From: Mobula birostris
Lineage: Eukaryota
Length of the DNA: 64,000 nt
Reading direction: 5' to 3'
Assembly (NCBI RefSeq): GCF_030028105.1
Contig: NC_092374.1
Span: 46,075,016 to 46,139,015 of the forward strand
Every line of letters starts with the position of its first letter. Position 1 is the first letter of the stretch. This document shows positions 49,263 through 60,756 of the stretch, piece after piece. The notes under the pieces are model-generated. The model was given only the letters and a program-made list of their open reading frames with translations, did not search any database and was not told the origin of the DNA. The position numbers and the translations under genes are program-made.

Positions 49263-49781
49263 TTCCTGAAAATGCTAATGGATAACAGATGTTCATATAG
49301 GTTAAAAGAATTTGCACACATATAAAGTAAAATTATATTGGAGTTTGACTAGAACAGCTGAATGCACAGTAGAAAAAATTAGACACCCAATCAAAGAAAG
49401 AAGTTGTCATTGTATGACCAACTGGCAACTTTTAAAATGATTTGCCAAAACACTCTTCATTGGTGGGAAAGCCAGCTGAGTTATTTCTCAATGGACAGGA
49501 AAGAACAAGACTTTTGTTCATGAAGCCAAATGTGACAGTCTTTGGCAGAGAAATTAAAGTAGAAAGGAAGAAATGCTAATCGAAGAGTTACAGAAAGAAA
49601 TGTGAAATGAAATAAGAAGGTTAGCATGAAAAATTCCTGAAGTGGTTGCCTGGAGGATTGTAAAGAAATGTAGTCAAAATGTTTGGTAGTGATTAAGTCA
49701 GGCTTCTGATCATATTTTACCCATTGAGATCAAAACTTGCTGTATAAAAATCAGAACAAATTGTACTCTGCTAATGAATTG

Positions 49782-49990
49782 GATACCTTCATTACACAAA
49801 GATTGGATTTACATCCAGTATTTTATTTGTGAGCAAAATCCAGGGAGTTGCAAATATGAGTTAGTCAGATAAACATGCTAAAAGGGCAAACCATTAATGT
49901 TAGTCAAGGTCAGTCCACGAGTGGAGAATATTCTCTGTTAGTCTCACTCCAAATGAATCAAAGTCCTATCATTATACAAAAGTTTCAGGT
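49782..49990 (+). pseudogene. TCR-beta-V-like degenerate exon
   Basis: DTFITQ, FICEQNPG, NMS*(W), GKPLMLV in order across two frameshifts; CAG|GTAAG near 49988. Confidence 0.45.
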
Positions 49991-50514
49991 AAGGGAAGTG
50001 ATGGCTCCTCAGCAGATTTCATAACGATTACGCTGAATTTTAAAAATAATTAATAATACTTGTGTTTTTATTGATTGCCAACACTGAGAAAATACCGCAA
50101 TTCCAATACTACATAAGAATAGCGAGTTGTTCAGTTGCAATGATTTAATAATTTTGTATTTCTATTTAATTAATAATTTGTTATTTTTCATTCAGATGGA
50201 TGAAATGTTATAGTGCTCTCTAATGGCTGAGTAGCCAACTATACTCTGAGCAAACTCAAGTTTAATAAAATGAGAAACTGAAAACAGAAAATGCTGGAAA
50301 CACTCAGCAGCTCAGGCAGTATGTGGGGAAAAAGAAACCGAGTTAAGATCTCAACTTGAATATGAAGGGACTTCAACATGAAATCTTAACTTTATTTCTT
50401 TTTCCACAGGTTCTGCTTGACCTGTTGACCTGTTTTCAGCATCTTTTTAAAAGATTTACACCATCTGTATTTTATTTCAGATTTTCATGAACTTATATCG
50501 TCACTAATATTGGG

Positions 50515-52172
50515 CACATAGACCATAGAACAGTACAACAAAGGAACAGGAAGATCATCCCACAGTGTCAATGCTGATCATAATGCCAATTTCAGATAAT
50601 CCCATTTGTTTGCATGTGGTCTATATTCCTCCATTCCCTACCTGTTCATGTGCCTGTCTAAATGTTGCATAAATGTCTAAATGTCTCTTAAATGTTGCTA
50701 TCATATCTTCTTCCTGCACAATCCCTGGCAGCCCGTTCCAGCCACTTATCACACTCTGTATAAAAAAATTTGCTTTGTAAACATAGAACATAAAACAGTC
50801 CAGCATAGTACAGGCCCTTCAGCCCACAATGTTGTGCCAACCGTTAAACCCTGCCTCCCATATACCCCCCTACCTTAAATTCCTCCATATACGTGTCTAG
50901 TAGTCTCTTAAATTTCACTAGTTTATCTGCCTCCACCACTGACTCAGGCAGTGCATTCCACCCACCAATCACTCTCTGAGGTAAAAATCTTCCTCTAGTA
51001 TCCCCCTTGAACTTTCCACCCCTTACCTTAAAGCCATATCCTCTTGTATTGAGCAGTGGTGCCCTGGGGAAGAGGCGCTGGCTATCCACTCTATCTAAGT
51101 AAATCTCCTTTAAACTCTCCCTCTCTCACTTTAACGCTATGTCCTCCATATAGGACATCTTGACACAGGGAAAACGACTGACCATTTGCCTGAACAATGC
51201 TTCTCATCATTTTATAAACTTGTATCCAGTTACTCTCAGCCTCAGAAAACAATACAACGTACTCCTTATAGCTCACACTCTCTAACGCAGAGAGCATCTT
51301 GGTGAACCTTTTCTACACCACTCCAAAGCCTCTGCATCCTTCCTGCAAATAGGGGGACCAAAAATAAAACAATACTCCAGATGTGTCCTAACCAAAGTTT
51401 TATACAGCTAAAATTACTTTGCAACTTTTATACTTAGTGTCCCAACCAAAGAAGGCAAACATGTGGTACATCTTCTTTACCACCCTATGTACTTGTGCAG
51501 GAAGCTTTGGACAGGTGTAATATGTAACACCTGCAAAATATGAACGCGTATAACATTCCTCTGGAACCCAACAATCATGTGTCGTGTTCTTCATTTTAGG
51601 CAGCATCCTTCAATTGCCTGGGAAGAGGATCCTCCTCCTCCTGTTCATAGTTCCAGCAATACAACTAATAAGGTGAAACTTGTATGAAGTACTATTGGTC
51701 TGAGGTGAACTTTCACTCGGGTACATCATCTTTGTAGTTCCCAAACACATGCTTGCAATTTTACATTGACCCTTCAAACATTTGCATTGAATCACAGAGA
51801 AACAGAGTCACACAGCACAGAAAGAACCCTTTGACCCAATTGCTCCATGCCAACCAAGTCACCTAGTCCCATTTACCTGCATTTGGCCTGAAGCTCTCCT
51901 TGTACCTTTTCAAGTGTGTTTTAAGTGTTATTGTACCCACCTAAATGACTTCCTCTAGAAGCCTGTTCCATATACTGACCATTCTGGGTGAAAAGTTTAC
52001 CACTTAGGTTCCGATTAGATCTCTTTCCTTTCACCTTAAAACCATGCCTTCTAGTTGTTGATACACCATCCCTGGGAAAATTGCTGTGTTCATTCTCCCT
52101 ACATATGTCCCCTCATAATTTTATACACTTCTATAACATCATTCAACAGGCTCCTATGCTCCAATGAATAAA
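50515..52172 (-). mobile_element. Nested CR1 3' fragments
   Basis: TRG.GFKVRGGKFKGD.RG.F..QRV...WNALP; several CR1 3' UTR hairpin tails. Confidence 0.85.
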
Positions 52173-52174
52173 GA

Positions 52175-52461
52175 CAGTAAATGAACTGAGGTTCTACTAT
52201 CTTGGCCCAAAATGTGCCTGCTGTCTATCACTGGAAGGAAATTTCACATATAATATTATAATGAGCTGGCTGAGTGAAAGATCCACTGACAATGTGTTTC
52301 ACCTACTTCTGGGGTTTGGCTCATCCCTACATCCAGAATATAATGGAATAAATTGTGGGCTATTTTGCTTCTCAGGGACAAAACAGATTGATTTAGAAAT
52401 GAGCCAATTTCTACTTACCTCTGAATGCATCAAATCCTCTGCGAAGGCTCTAAATGATTAG
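52175..52461 (+). pseudogene. Ig V-domain exon, best-preserved copy
   Basis: Single open frame LGPKCACCLSLEGNFTYNIIMSWLSER...LLL...PEY...FSGTK...SQFLLTSECIKSSAKALND*: C-x14-W, FSG and FxLT present; the DxAxYYC position has decayed. Confidence 0.65.
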
Positions 52462-52704
52462 ATTTTAACATTAGCTCATTCTTAGTTTGCACCCTCAATT
52501 ACTAATTGATTTGTATGTGCAGACAGTTATTCTATGCAAAATTGGCACAAGAAGTTGGTCATTAAAATTTGATAGATTATGTGCCCTGAGCTGAAAATGA
52601 ATTCTAGATTCATTCTATAAGGCTGGAATGCCACAATGCATTGTCATTTTTTTCTGTAGCTGCATCTTCTGAATTTTTAATCTTTTTACAGTAAAAGGTG
52701 TGAC

Positions 52705-52745
52705 ATGAACACTTTTGGCCAAAGGATGAAAGATTGAATCAATTT
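52705..52745 (+). pseudogene. J-segment-like motif
   Basis: AAC ACT TTT GGC CAA AGG ATG AAA GAT TGA ATC reads TFGQ(R)MK..I, about 240 bp after the V; RSS not recognisable. Confidence 0.35.
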
Positions 52746-53151
52746 TGCTTGGATCTCTAATGCAAATTGGGGAGAGATATTGTTCATTAGGGACTCCGGA
52801 AAATGAGAAAAAGACTGATGAAGCAAGAACGAGGTTAGGACTAGTGACACCAACCCAGTAAATGGAACCAATATTCCTCCTGATGACAAGGGAATGAAAG
52901 AGAAAAAACTGGAAATCAAAGTTGATAAGAAAAAAAAGTAGTTTAGTACTTTTAAAAGGAAATTCAGTTACAACACTTTAATGATGTTATTGTAAATGTT
53001 TTGAGTTCTATCAGACATGTCTTGCTTGCCTCATTTGTTCTGGCAGTGGCCCCTTTTGGTAAGTCATCACTGTTTCAAATTGTTTTCTGCACTAAATGTT
53101 GACTGCACAATATTTTAATTCCCAAGGAACTTTCCTCTGCTCCACAGGGTC

Positions 53152-54130
53152 ACAACAATAATGCTTATTTGTATTTAAGATTGTCAATCCAGCAAGGTAT
53201 CCCAAAGGGACTTCACAGAAACATTATGAGACAAAATGTGAAAAAAATGGCATTAGAGAAAACTTCAAAACCTTAAATTAAGGAGGTATGTTGCTTAATT
53301 AGTTTAGGTGAGAACAAGAGACTTTATGAAGAAGTTCTTGAGCTTAGGGCCAAGAGAGCTTATCTGCCAAACATAGAATGATTAAAAATGGAAACTCTTA
53401 AGGGGTTACCACTGCATGAATGCAAAAACCTTGGAGGGTTTCAGGGCATGATACAGACATACAGAGGGGTGAGACCAAACAGAGAGAAGTGAGCAAGGAA
53501 ATGAATCTTAAAGTAGAGAACACATTTAGCAAGTGCCACTGGATGTTTATGAGTATAGTGGTACTATGTGGAGGGTTCTCAGTATGTTAGGACACAGGCT
53601 TTGTTATTAGTCAAGCTAACTGAGGTTAGAGGCAATGAAAGCAGCATGAATTGCGCTAAAGTAGTCAACTCTGGAGGCAACAAAGACATCGATAACGGAT
53701 GGTCAGACAATAAGCTTTTTCAGTGATTTTATATATACTTGGGAGAGTCTAATCTCAGGATTACATACACCACTGTCTCGTTTGGTTTCAGATAGCTACC
53801 AAGCAGAGAGATGGAGACAATATCTGGAAAATGGATATTAGCATATAGGCTGAAACCAATGGCTTTGGTCTTCCCAATATTTAGTTAAAGGCTATGTCTG
53901 CTCAAATAGTACTGGTTGTCAGCCAAGCATTCTGACAGATAGCTTGAGAGTGCTCGATATAAAGCAGAGCTGGGGGTTTTCAGAGTATATATGTATATTT
54001 GTGATATGTTTTCACATGATGTCACTGAGAGACAACACAGAGATAAAAAATAGGAAGGACAGGAATAGATTCTTGAGAAATAGATTCCAGAGTTAATTTT
54101 GCAGGTGAAAGAAGAGAGGGTCAACGGCTG
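53152..54130 (-). mobile_element. Old L2 LINE remnant
   Basis: L2-type 3' tail near 53155-53230 and decayed RT motifs. Confidence 0.55.
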
Positions 54131-54169
54131 ATTTAAGGTTGAGTCCATTACCATATTGGCCTATGTCCA

Positions 54170-54652
54170 CCTTATGGAGGAAGATGAGGAATGTGGTAGT
54201 CATAGGGGATTCCATAGTGAGGGGAACATTCAGGAAGTTCTGTCAGCCTGATAGAGATACCCGCATGGTGTGTTGCCTCCTAGGTGCCAGGGTGCGGAAT
54301 GTCTCAGATTGGGTGCAGAGTATTCTGAAGGGAGAGGGTGAACAGCCAGAAGTCTTGGTACACATTGGTACCAATGACATAGGTAGAAAAAGGGAGGAGG
54401 TCCTGAAGGGAGAATTCAGGGAGTTGGGTAGGAAGCTGTAAAGCAGGACCTCCAGGGTAGTAATCTCAGGATTGCAGCATGTGCCACTTGCTGACTAGCG
54501 CAAGAATAGCATGATCAGGCATATTAATGCGTAGCTGAGAGACTGGTGTAGGGGGCAGGGCTTCGGGTTCCTGGATCATTGCGGCCTCTTCTGGGAGAGG
54601 TACGACCTGTACAAAAAGGACAGGTGACACTTGAACCCAAAGGGGTCCAATA
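54170..54652 (+). mobile_element. CR1 ORF1 SGNH-esterase fragment
   Basis: VVIGDSIVRG...CL.GARV...VHIGTND. Confidence 0.9.
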
Positions 54653-54654
54653 TC

Positions 54655-56131
54655 CTAGAAACATAAAAAACCTACAGCACAATACAGGCCTTTCGGTCCA
54701 CAAAGCTGTACCAAACATGTTCTCACCTTAGAAATTACCTAGGGTTACCCATAGCCCTCTATTTTTCTAAACTCCATATACTTGTCCAGGAGTCTCTTAA
54801 AAGACCCTATCATACGTGCCTTCTCCACCATCACTGGCAGCCTATTCCACGCACTCAGCCCTCTTTGCGTAAAAAACTTATCCCTGACATCTCCTCTGTA
54901 TCTACTTCCAAGCACCTTAAAACTATGCCCTCTCATGCTAGCCATCTCAGCCCTGGGAAAGGGCCTCTGACTATCCGCACGATCAATGCCTCTCATCATC
55001 TTATATACTTCTATCAGGTCACCTCTCACCCTCCTTCGCTCCAAGGAAAAAAGGCCATGTTCACTCAACCTATTCTCATAAGGCATGCTCTCCATTCCAG
55101 GCAACATCCTTGTAAATCTCCTCTGCACCCTTTCTACAGTTTCCACATCCTTCCTATAGTGAGGCAACCAGAACTGAGCACAGTACTCCAAGTGGGTTCT
55201 GACCAGGATCCTATATAGCCTGTAACATTACGTCTTGGCTCTTTAATCCCATGGTTGATGAAGGCCAATGCACCGAATGCTTTGTCAACCACAGAGTCAA
55301 CCTGTGCAGCAGCTTTGAGTGTCCTATGGACTCGGACCCCAAGATGCCTTTAATCCTCCACACTACCAAGAGTCTTACCATTAATACTATATTTCGTGAT
55401 CATATTTGACCTACCAAAATGAACCACCTGACACATATCAGGGTTAAGCTCCAACTGCCACTTCGCAGCCCAGTTTTGCAACCTATCAATATCCCGCTGT
55501 AACCTCTGACAGCCCTCCACACTATCCACAACACGTCCAACCTCTGTCATCAGCAAACTTACTAACCCATCCCTCCACTTCTTCATCCAGGTAATTTATA
55601 AAAATCATGAAGCGTAGGTGTCCCAGAACAGATCCCTGAGGCACACCACTGGTGAATGACCTCCATGCAGAATATGACCCGTCTACAACCACTCTTTGCC
55701 TTCTGTGGGCAAGCCAGTTCTGAATCCACAAAGCAATGTCTCCTTGAAATACATGGCTCCTTACTTTCTCAATAAGCCTTACATAGGGTACTTTGTCAAA
55801 TGCCTTGCTGAAATCCATATACACTACACCTACTGCTCTACCTTCATCAATGTGTTTAGTCACATGCTCAAAAAATTCAATCAGGCTCGTAAGACACGAC
55901 TTACCTTTGACGAAGCCATGCTGACTATTGCTAATCATATTATGCCTCTCCAAATGTTCATAAATCCTGTCTCGCAGGATCTTCTCCATCAACCTGCCAA
56001 CCAGTAAAGTAAGACTCACTGGTCTATAAGTTCCTGGGCTATCTCTACTCCCTCTCTTGAATAAGGGAACAACATCTACAACCCTTCAATCCTCTGGAAC
56101 CTCTCCTGTCTCCATTGATAATGGAAAGATC
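54655..56131 (-). mobile_element. CR1 ORF2 3' half (continues at 60143-60756)
   Basis: SQHGFVKGKSCLT, YMDFSKAFDKVP, GVPQGSVLG, FADD, EYCAQFW. Confidence 0.93.
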
Positions 56132-56274
56132 TGTCATAATGTGGTGTTGGTGTCGGACCCAAATGCAAGACAAAGACACTGAAGTACTAGGAACTGGACT
56201 ATGTTTATTAAGAATGCCAGGGAAGCCAAGGAGCGAGGATAACATGAACATAGACGTAGAGTGACAAACCGGAA

Positions 56275-56877
56275 AACCTGGACTTGGACTTGGCACTTGA
56301 ACTTGACAGGGAACTCAGGTCATGACCTGGAACTCAGGTCTTGGCAGGAACTTGGTACCTGGGTCTAGACTTGGCCTTTGTCTAGAACTTGGACATGACT
56401 TGGCTTGGACATGGACTTGATTGGGAACTCAGGTCATGACTCGGAACTTGGGTCTTATCAGGGACTTGGTACCTGGTTTTTGACTTGGCTCTTGACTAGA
56501 GACTTGGACCGGGCTTGGACTTGGAACTCGGGACTCGGGACCCAGACTGGGAACTCGGAACCCGGAACTCGGAGCCTGGACTCTTCTTGGATACAAGACA
56601 CAGAGCTGGGACTCTTCTTGGACACAGGATATGGAAGACAGAGCCGAGACTCTTCTTGGACACAAGGCACAGAGCCGGACTCTTCCTGGACACAGGACAC
56701 AGGGCCAGAAACCTTCTTGGACACAGGGCCGGGACACTTCCTCAACACAGGGCCGGGACCCTTCTTCGACACAGGGCCGGGACACTTCTCAACACAGGGC
56801 CGGGACCCTTCTTCGACACAGGGCCAGGACTCTTCTTGGACACAGTGCCGGGATCCTTCTTGGACTCAGGGCCAGGA
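56275..56877. repeat. Compound minisatellite inside the LTR
   Basis: GGACTT/GGAACTC short units grading into 23-31-bp units CAGGGCCGGGAC.CTTCTT.GACA. Confidence 0.9.
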
Positions 56878-59857
56878 TTAATTCTGGAAGGGATTGGAGA
56901 GTATGGCCAACTGCAATAGGAATCGATGTGAAAGGTGAGGAGAGTAAAAGTATTACTTTAAAAGGATTAAAAGTATGATATATGAATGCATGGAGTATAA
57001 AAGATAAAGTGGATGAGCTTGAGGCTCAGTTGGAAATTGGCAAGTATGATGTTGTGGGAATAACAGAGACATGGCTGCAAGAGGACCAGGGCTGGGAAAT
57101 GAATATTCAGGGATATACACCCTATCGAAAGGACAAACAAGTTGGCAGAGGGGGTGGGGTGACTCTGTTGGTGAGGAATGAAATTCAGTCACTTGCGAGG
57201 GGGGACATAGAATCAGGAGAGGTCGAGTCAGTATGGATAGAAGTGAGAAACTGTAAGGGCAAAAAGACCCTGATGGGAGTTATCTACGGGCCCCCAACCA
57301 GTAGCCTGGATATAGGGTGCAAGTTAAATCAAGAGTTAAAATTGGCATGTCACAAAGGTAATTCTATGGTTGTTATGGGGGATTTTAACATGCAGGTGGA
57401 CTGGGAAAATCAGGTTGGTACTGGACCCCAAGAAAGGGATTTTGTGAAATGCCTCAGAGATGGATTCTTAGAGCAGCTTGTTCTGGAGCCTTCCAGGGAG
57501 AAGGCAATTCTGGATTTAGTGTTGTGTAATGAGCCAGATTTGATAAGGGAACTTGAGGTAAAGGAGCCATTAGGAGGTAGTGACCATAATATGATAAGTT
57601 TTAATCTACAATTTGAGAGGGAGAAGGGAAGATCGGAAGTGTCAGTATTACAGTTGAACAAAGGGGACTATGGACCCATGAGGGAGGAGCTGGCCAAAGT
57701 TGACTGGAAAGATACCCTAGCAGGGATGACAGTGGAACAACAATGGCAGGTATTTCTGGGAATAATACAGAAGGTGCAGGATCAGTTCATTCCAAAGAGG
57801 AAGAAAGATTCTCAGGGGAGTAAGGGGCAACTGTGGATGACAAGGGAAGTCAAGGACAGTATAAAAATAAAAGAGAGGAAGTATAACATAGCAAGGATGA
57901 GTGGGAAGCCAGAGGATTGGGAAATTTTTAAGGAGCAACAGAAGATAACTAAAAAGGCAATACGGGGGGAAAAGATGAGGTACGAAGGTAAGCTAGCCAA
58001 GAATATAAAGGAGGATAGTAAAAGCTTCTTTAGGTATGTGAAGAGGAAAATATTAGTTAAGACCAAAGTTGGGCCCTTGAAGACAGAAACGGGTGAAATT
58101 ATTATGGGAAACAAGGAAATGGCGGATGAGCTGAACAGGTACTTTGGATCTGTCTTCACTAAGGAAGACACAAGCAATCTCCCAGTTGTAATAGTGGCCA
58201 GAGGACCTAGGATAACAGAGGAACTGAAGGAAATTTACATCAGGCAGAAAATGGTGTTGGGTAAACTGATGGGACTGAAGGCTGTTAAATCCCCAGGGCC
58301 TGATGGTCTGCATCCCAGGGTACTTAGGGAGGTGGCTCTAGAAATAGTGGACGCATTGGTAATCATTTTCCAATGTTCTATAGATTCAGGATCAGTTCCT
58401 GCGGATTGGAGGGTAGCTAATGTTATCCCATTTTTTAAGAAAGGACGGAGAGAGAAAACAGGAAATTATAGACCAGTTAGTCTGACATCAGTGGTGGGGA
58501 AGATGTTGGAATCAATTATAAAAGATGAAATAGCAGTAGCAGGATTGGTCCGAGTCAGCATGGATTTACGAAGGGGAAATCATGCTTGACTAATCTTCTG
58601 GAATTTTTTGAGAATGTAACTATGAAAATGGATGTGGGAAAGCCAGTGGATGTAGTGTACCTGGACTTTTAGAAAGCCTTTGATAAGGTCCCACATAGGA
58701 GGTCAGTGGGCAAAATTAGAGCAAATGGTATTGGGGGTAGGGTACTGACATAGATAGAAAATTGGTTGGCAGACAGAAAACAAAGTGTAGGGATTAATGG
58801 GTCCCTCTCAGAACGGCAGGCAGTGACTACTGGGGTACCGCAAGGCTTGGTGCTGGGACCGCAGCTATTTACAATATACATTAATGATTTAGATGAAGGG
58901 ATTAAAAGTAACGTTAGCAAATTTGCAGATGATACAAAGCTGGGTGGCAGTCTGAAATGTGAGGAGGGTGTTATGAGAATGCAGAGTGACTTGGACAGGT
59001 TGGGTGAGTGGGCAGATGCATGGCAGATGCAGTTTAATGTGGCTAAATGTGAGGTTATCCACTTTGGTGGCAAGAACAGGAAGGCAGATTACTATCTGAA
59101 TGATGCCAAGTTAGGAAAAGGGGAAGTACAATGAGATCTTGGTGTCCTTGTTCATCAGTCACTGAAAGTAAGCATGCAGGTACAGCAGGCAGTGAAGAAA
59201 GCTAATGGCATGTTGGCCTTCATAACAAGGGGAGTTGAGTATAGGAACAAAGAGGTCCTTCTGCAGTTGTACAGGGCCCTGGTGAGACCACACTTGGAGT
59301 ATTGTGTACAGTTATGGTCTCCAAATTTGAGGAAGGACATTCTAGCTATTGAGGGAGTGCAGCATAGGTTCACAAGGTTAATTCCCGGGATAGCGGGACT
59401 ATCACATATTGAAAGATTGGAGTGACTAGGCTTGTATACACTGGAATTTAGAAGGATGAGAGGGGATCTGATTGAAACATAAGATTATTAAGGGATTGGA
59501 CATGCTAGAGGCAGGAAACATGTTCCCGATGTTGGGGGAGTCCAGAACCAGAGGCCACAGTTTAAGAATAAGGGGTAGACCATTTAGAACAGAGTTGAGG
59601 AAAAACTTTTTCACACAGAGGGCTGTGGTTCTGTGGAATGCTCTGCCTCAGAAGGCAGTGGAGGCCAACTCTCCGGATTCTTTCAAGAAAGAGTTAAGTA
59701 GAGCTTTTAAAGATAGTGGAGTCAAAGGATATGGGGAGAAGGCAGGAAAAGGGTACTGATTGTGGATGATGAGCCATGATCACAGTGAATGGTGGTGCTG
59801 GCTCAAAGGGCTGAATGGCCTACTCCTGCACCTATTGTCTATTGTCTATTGTCTATT
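56878..59857 (+). mobile_element. Nearly complete CR1 ORF2 (APE and RT) with 3' UTR, few lesions
   Basis: 535-aa ORF with GITETW, MGDFN, SDH; RT pieces to 59759; (ATTGTCT)n tail. Confidence 0.97.
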
Positions 59858-60142
59858 GACCCTTCTTGGACACGGCTGGTAATAAGCTTCTTGATGTAGG
59901 TCTCTGATGCCGAGCCTCTAGGTATGGGTTCCTGCCGGGGATTCTGATGGGGTTACTGACGAGGACAGGCTAGCAAGGAATCACTGGACCACAGAGCTAT
60001 TTATAATGCCAGCCTGAAACGAGGATCAGGTGCCTCAGTAAAGGCGCCCAATGGAACAAGGGAAAAAAGCAATAGCCGGAATACGGAATCCACAGACCGG
60101 ACCATGAACCGGAATGCAGACTTCACGGACCGGACCGTGACA

Positions 60143-60756
60143 AGATCATCTCCAGAGGCTCAGCAATCTCCACCCTCACCCCTGACAGTAGCCTGGGGTA
60201 CATCTCGTCCAGTCCTGGTGACTTATCCAGCTTGATGCTTTCCAAAAACTCTAGCATGTCCTCTTTCTAAATATCTACTTGCTCAAGCTTCTCAATCTGC
60301 TGTAAGTCATCCCTACAATTGCCAAGATCGCCAAGTGAATACTGGAGCAAAGTACTCATTAAGTATCTCTGCTACCTCCTCTGGTTCCATGCACACTTTT
60401 CCACTGCCACACTTGATTGGTCATATTCTCTCATGTCTTATCCTCTTGCTCTTCACATACTTGTAGAATGCCTTAGGGTTTTCCCTAATCCTGTCTGCCA
60501 ACCCCTTCCAGCTCTCTTAATTTCTCTCTTAAGATCCTTCCTGCTAGCCTTATAATCTTCTAGATCTCTATCATTACCTAGTTTCTTGAACCTTTCGTAA
60601 GCTCTTCTTTTCTTCCTGACTAGATTTACAACAGCCTTTGTACACCATGGTTCCTGTACCCTACCATCCTTTCCCTGTCTCATTGGAATGTACCTGTGCA
60701 GAACTCCATGCATATATCCCCAGAACATTTGCCACAGTTCTTCCATACATTTCTCT
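60143..60756 (-). mobile_element. CR1 ORF2 middle part
   Basis: EPWCTKAV..LVRKK..AY.RFKK. Confidence 0.85.

Larger units (their letters stand above)
56132..60142 (-). mobile_element. Solo LTR with internal minisatellite, split by a CR1
   Basis: TGTCA...TGACA termini, 5-bp TSD AGATC; strand inferred from TTTATT and TTTATA on the + strand. Confidence 0.85.

Noticed and set aside
54139-54441. Host SGNH hydrolase gene
   Set aside because: It is the CR1 ORF1 esterase domain, truncated and containing stops.
56405-56978. Overlapping 100-160 aa ORFs and a CRISPR-like repeat pattern
   Set aside because: LTR minisatellite with no unique spacers and no cas genes; the ORFs are by-products of stop-free repeats.
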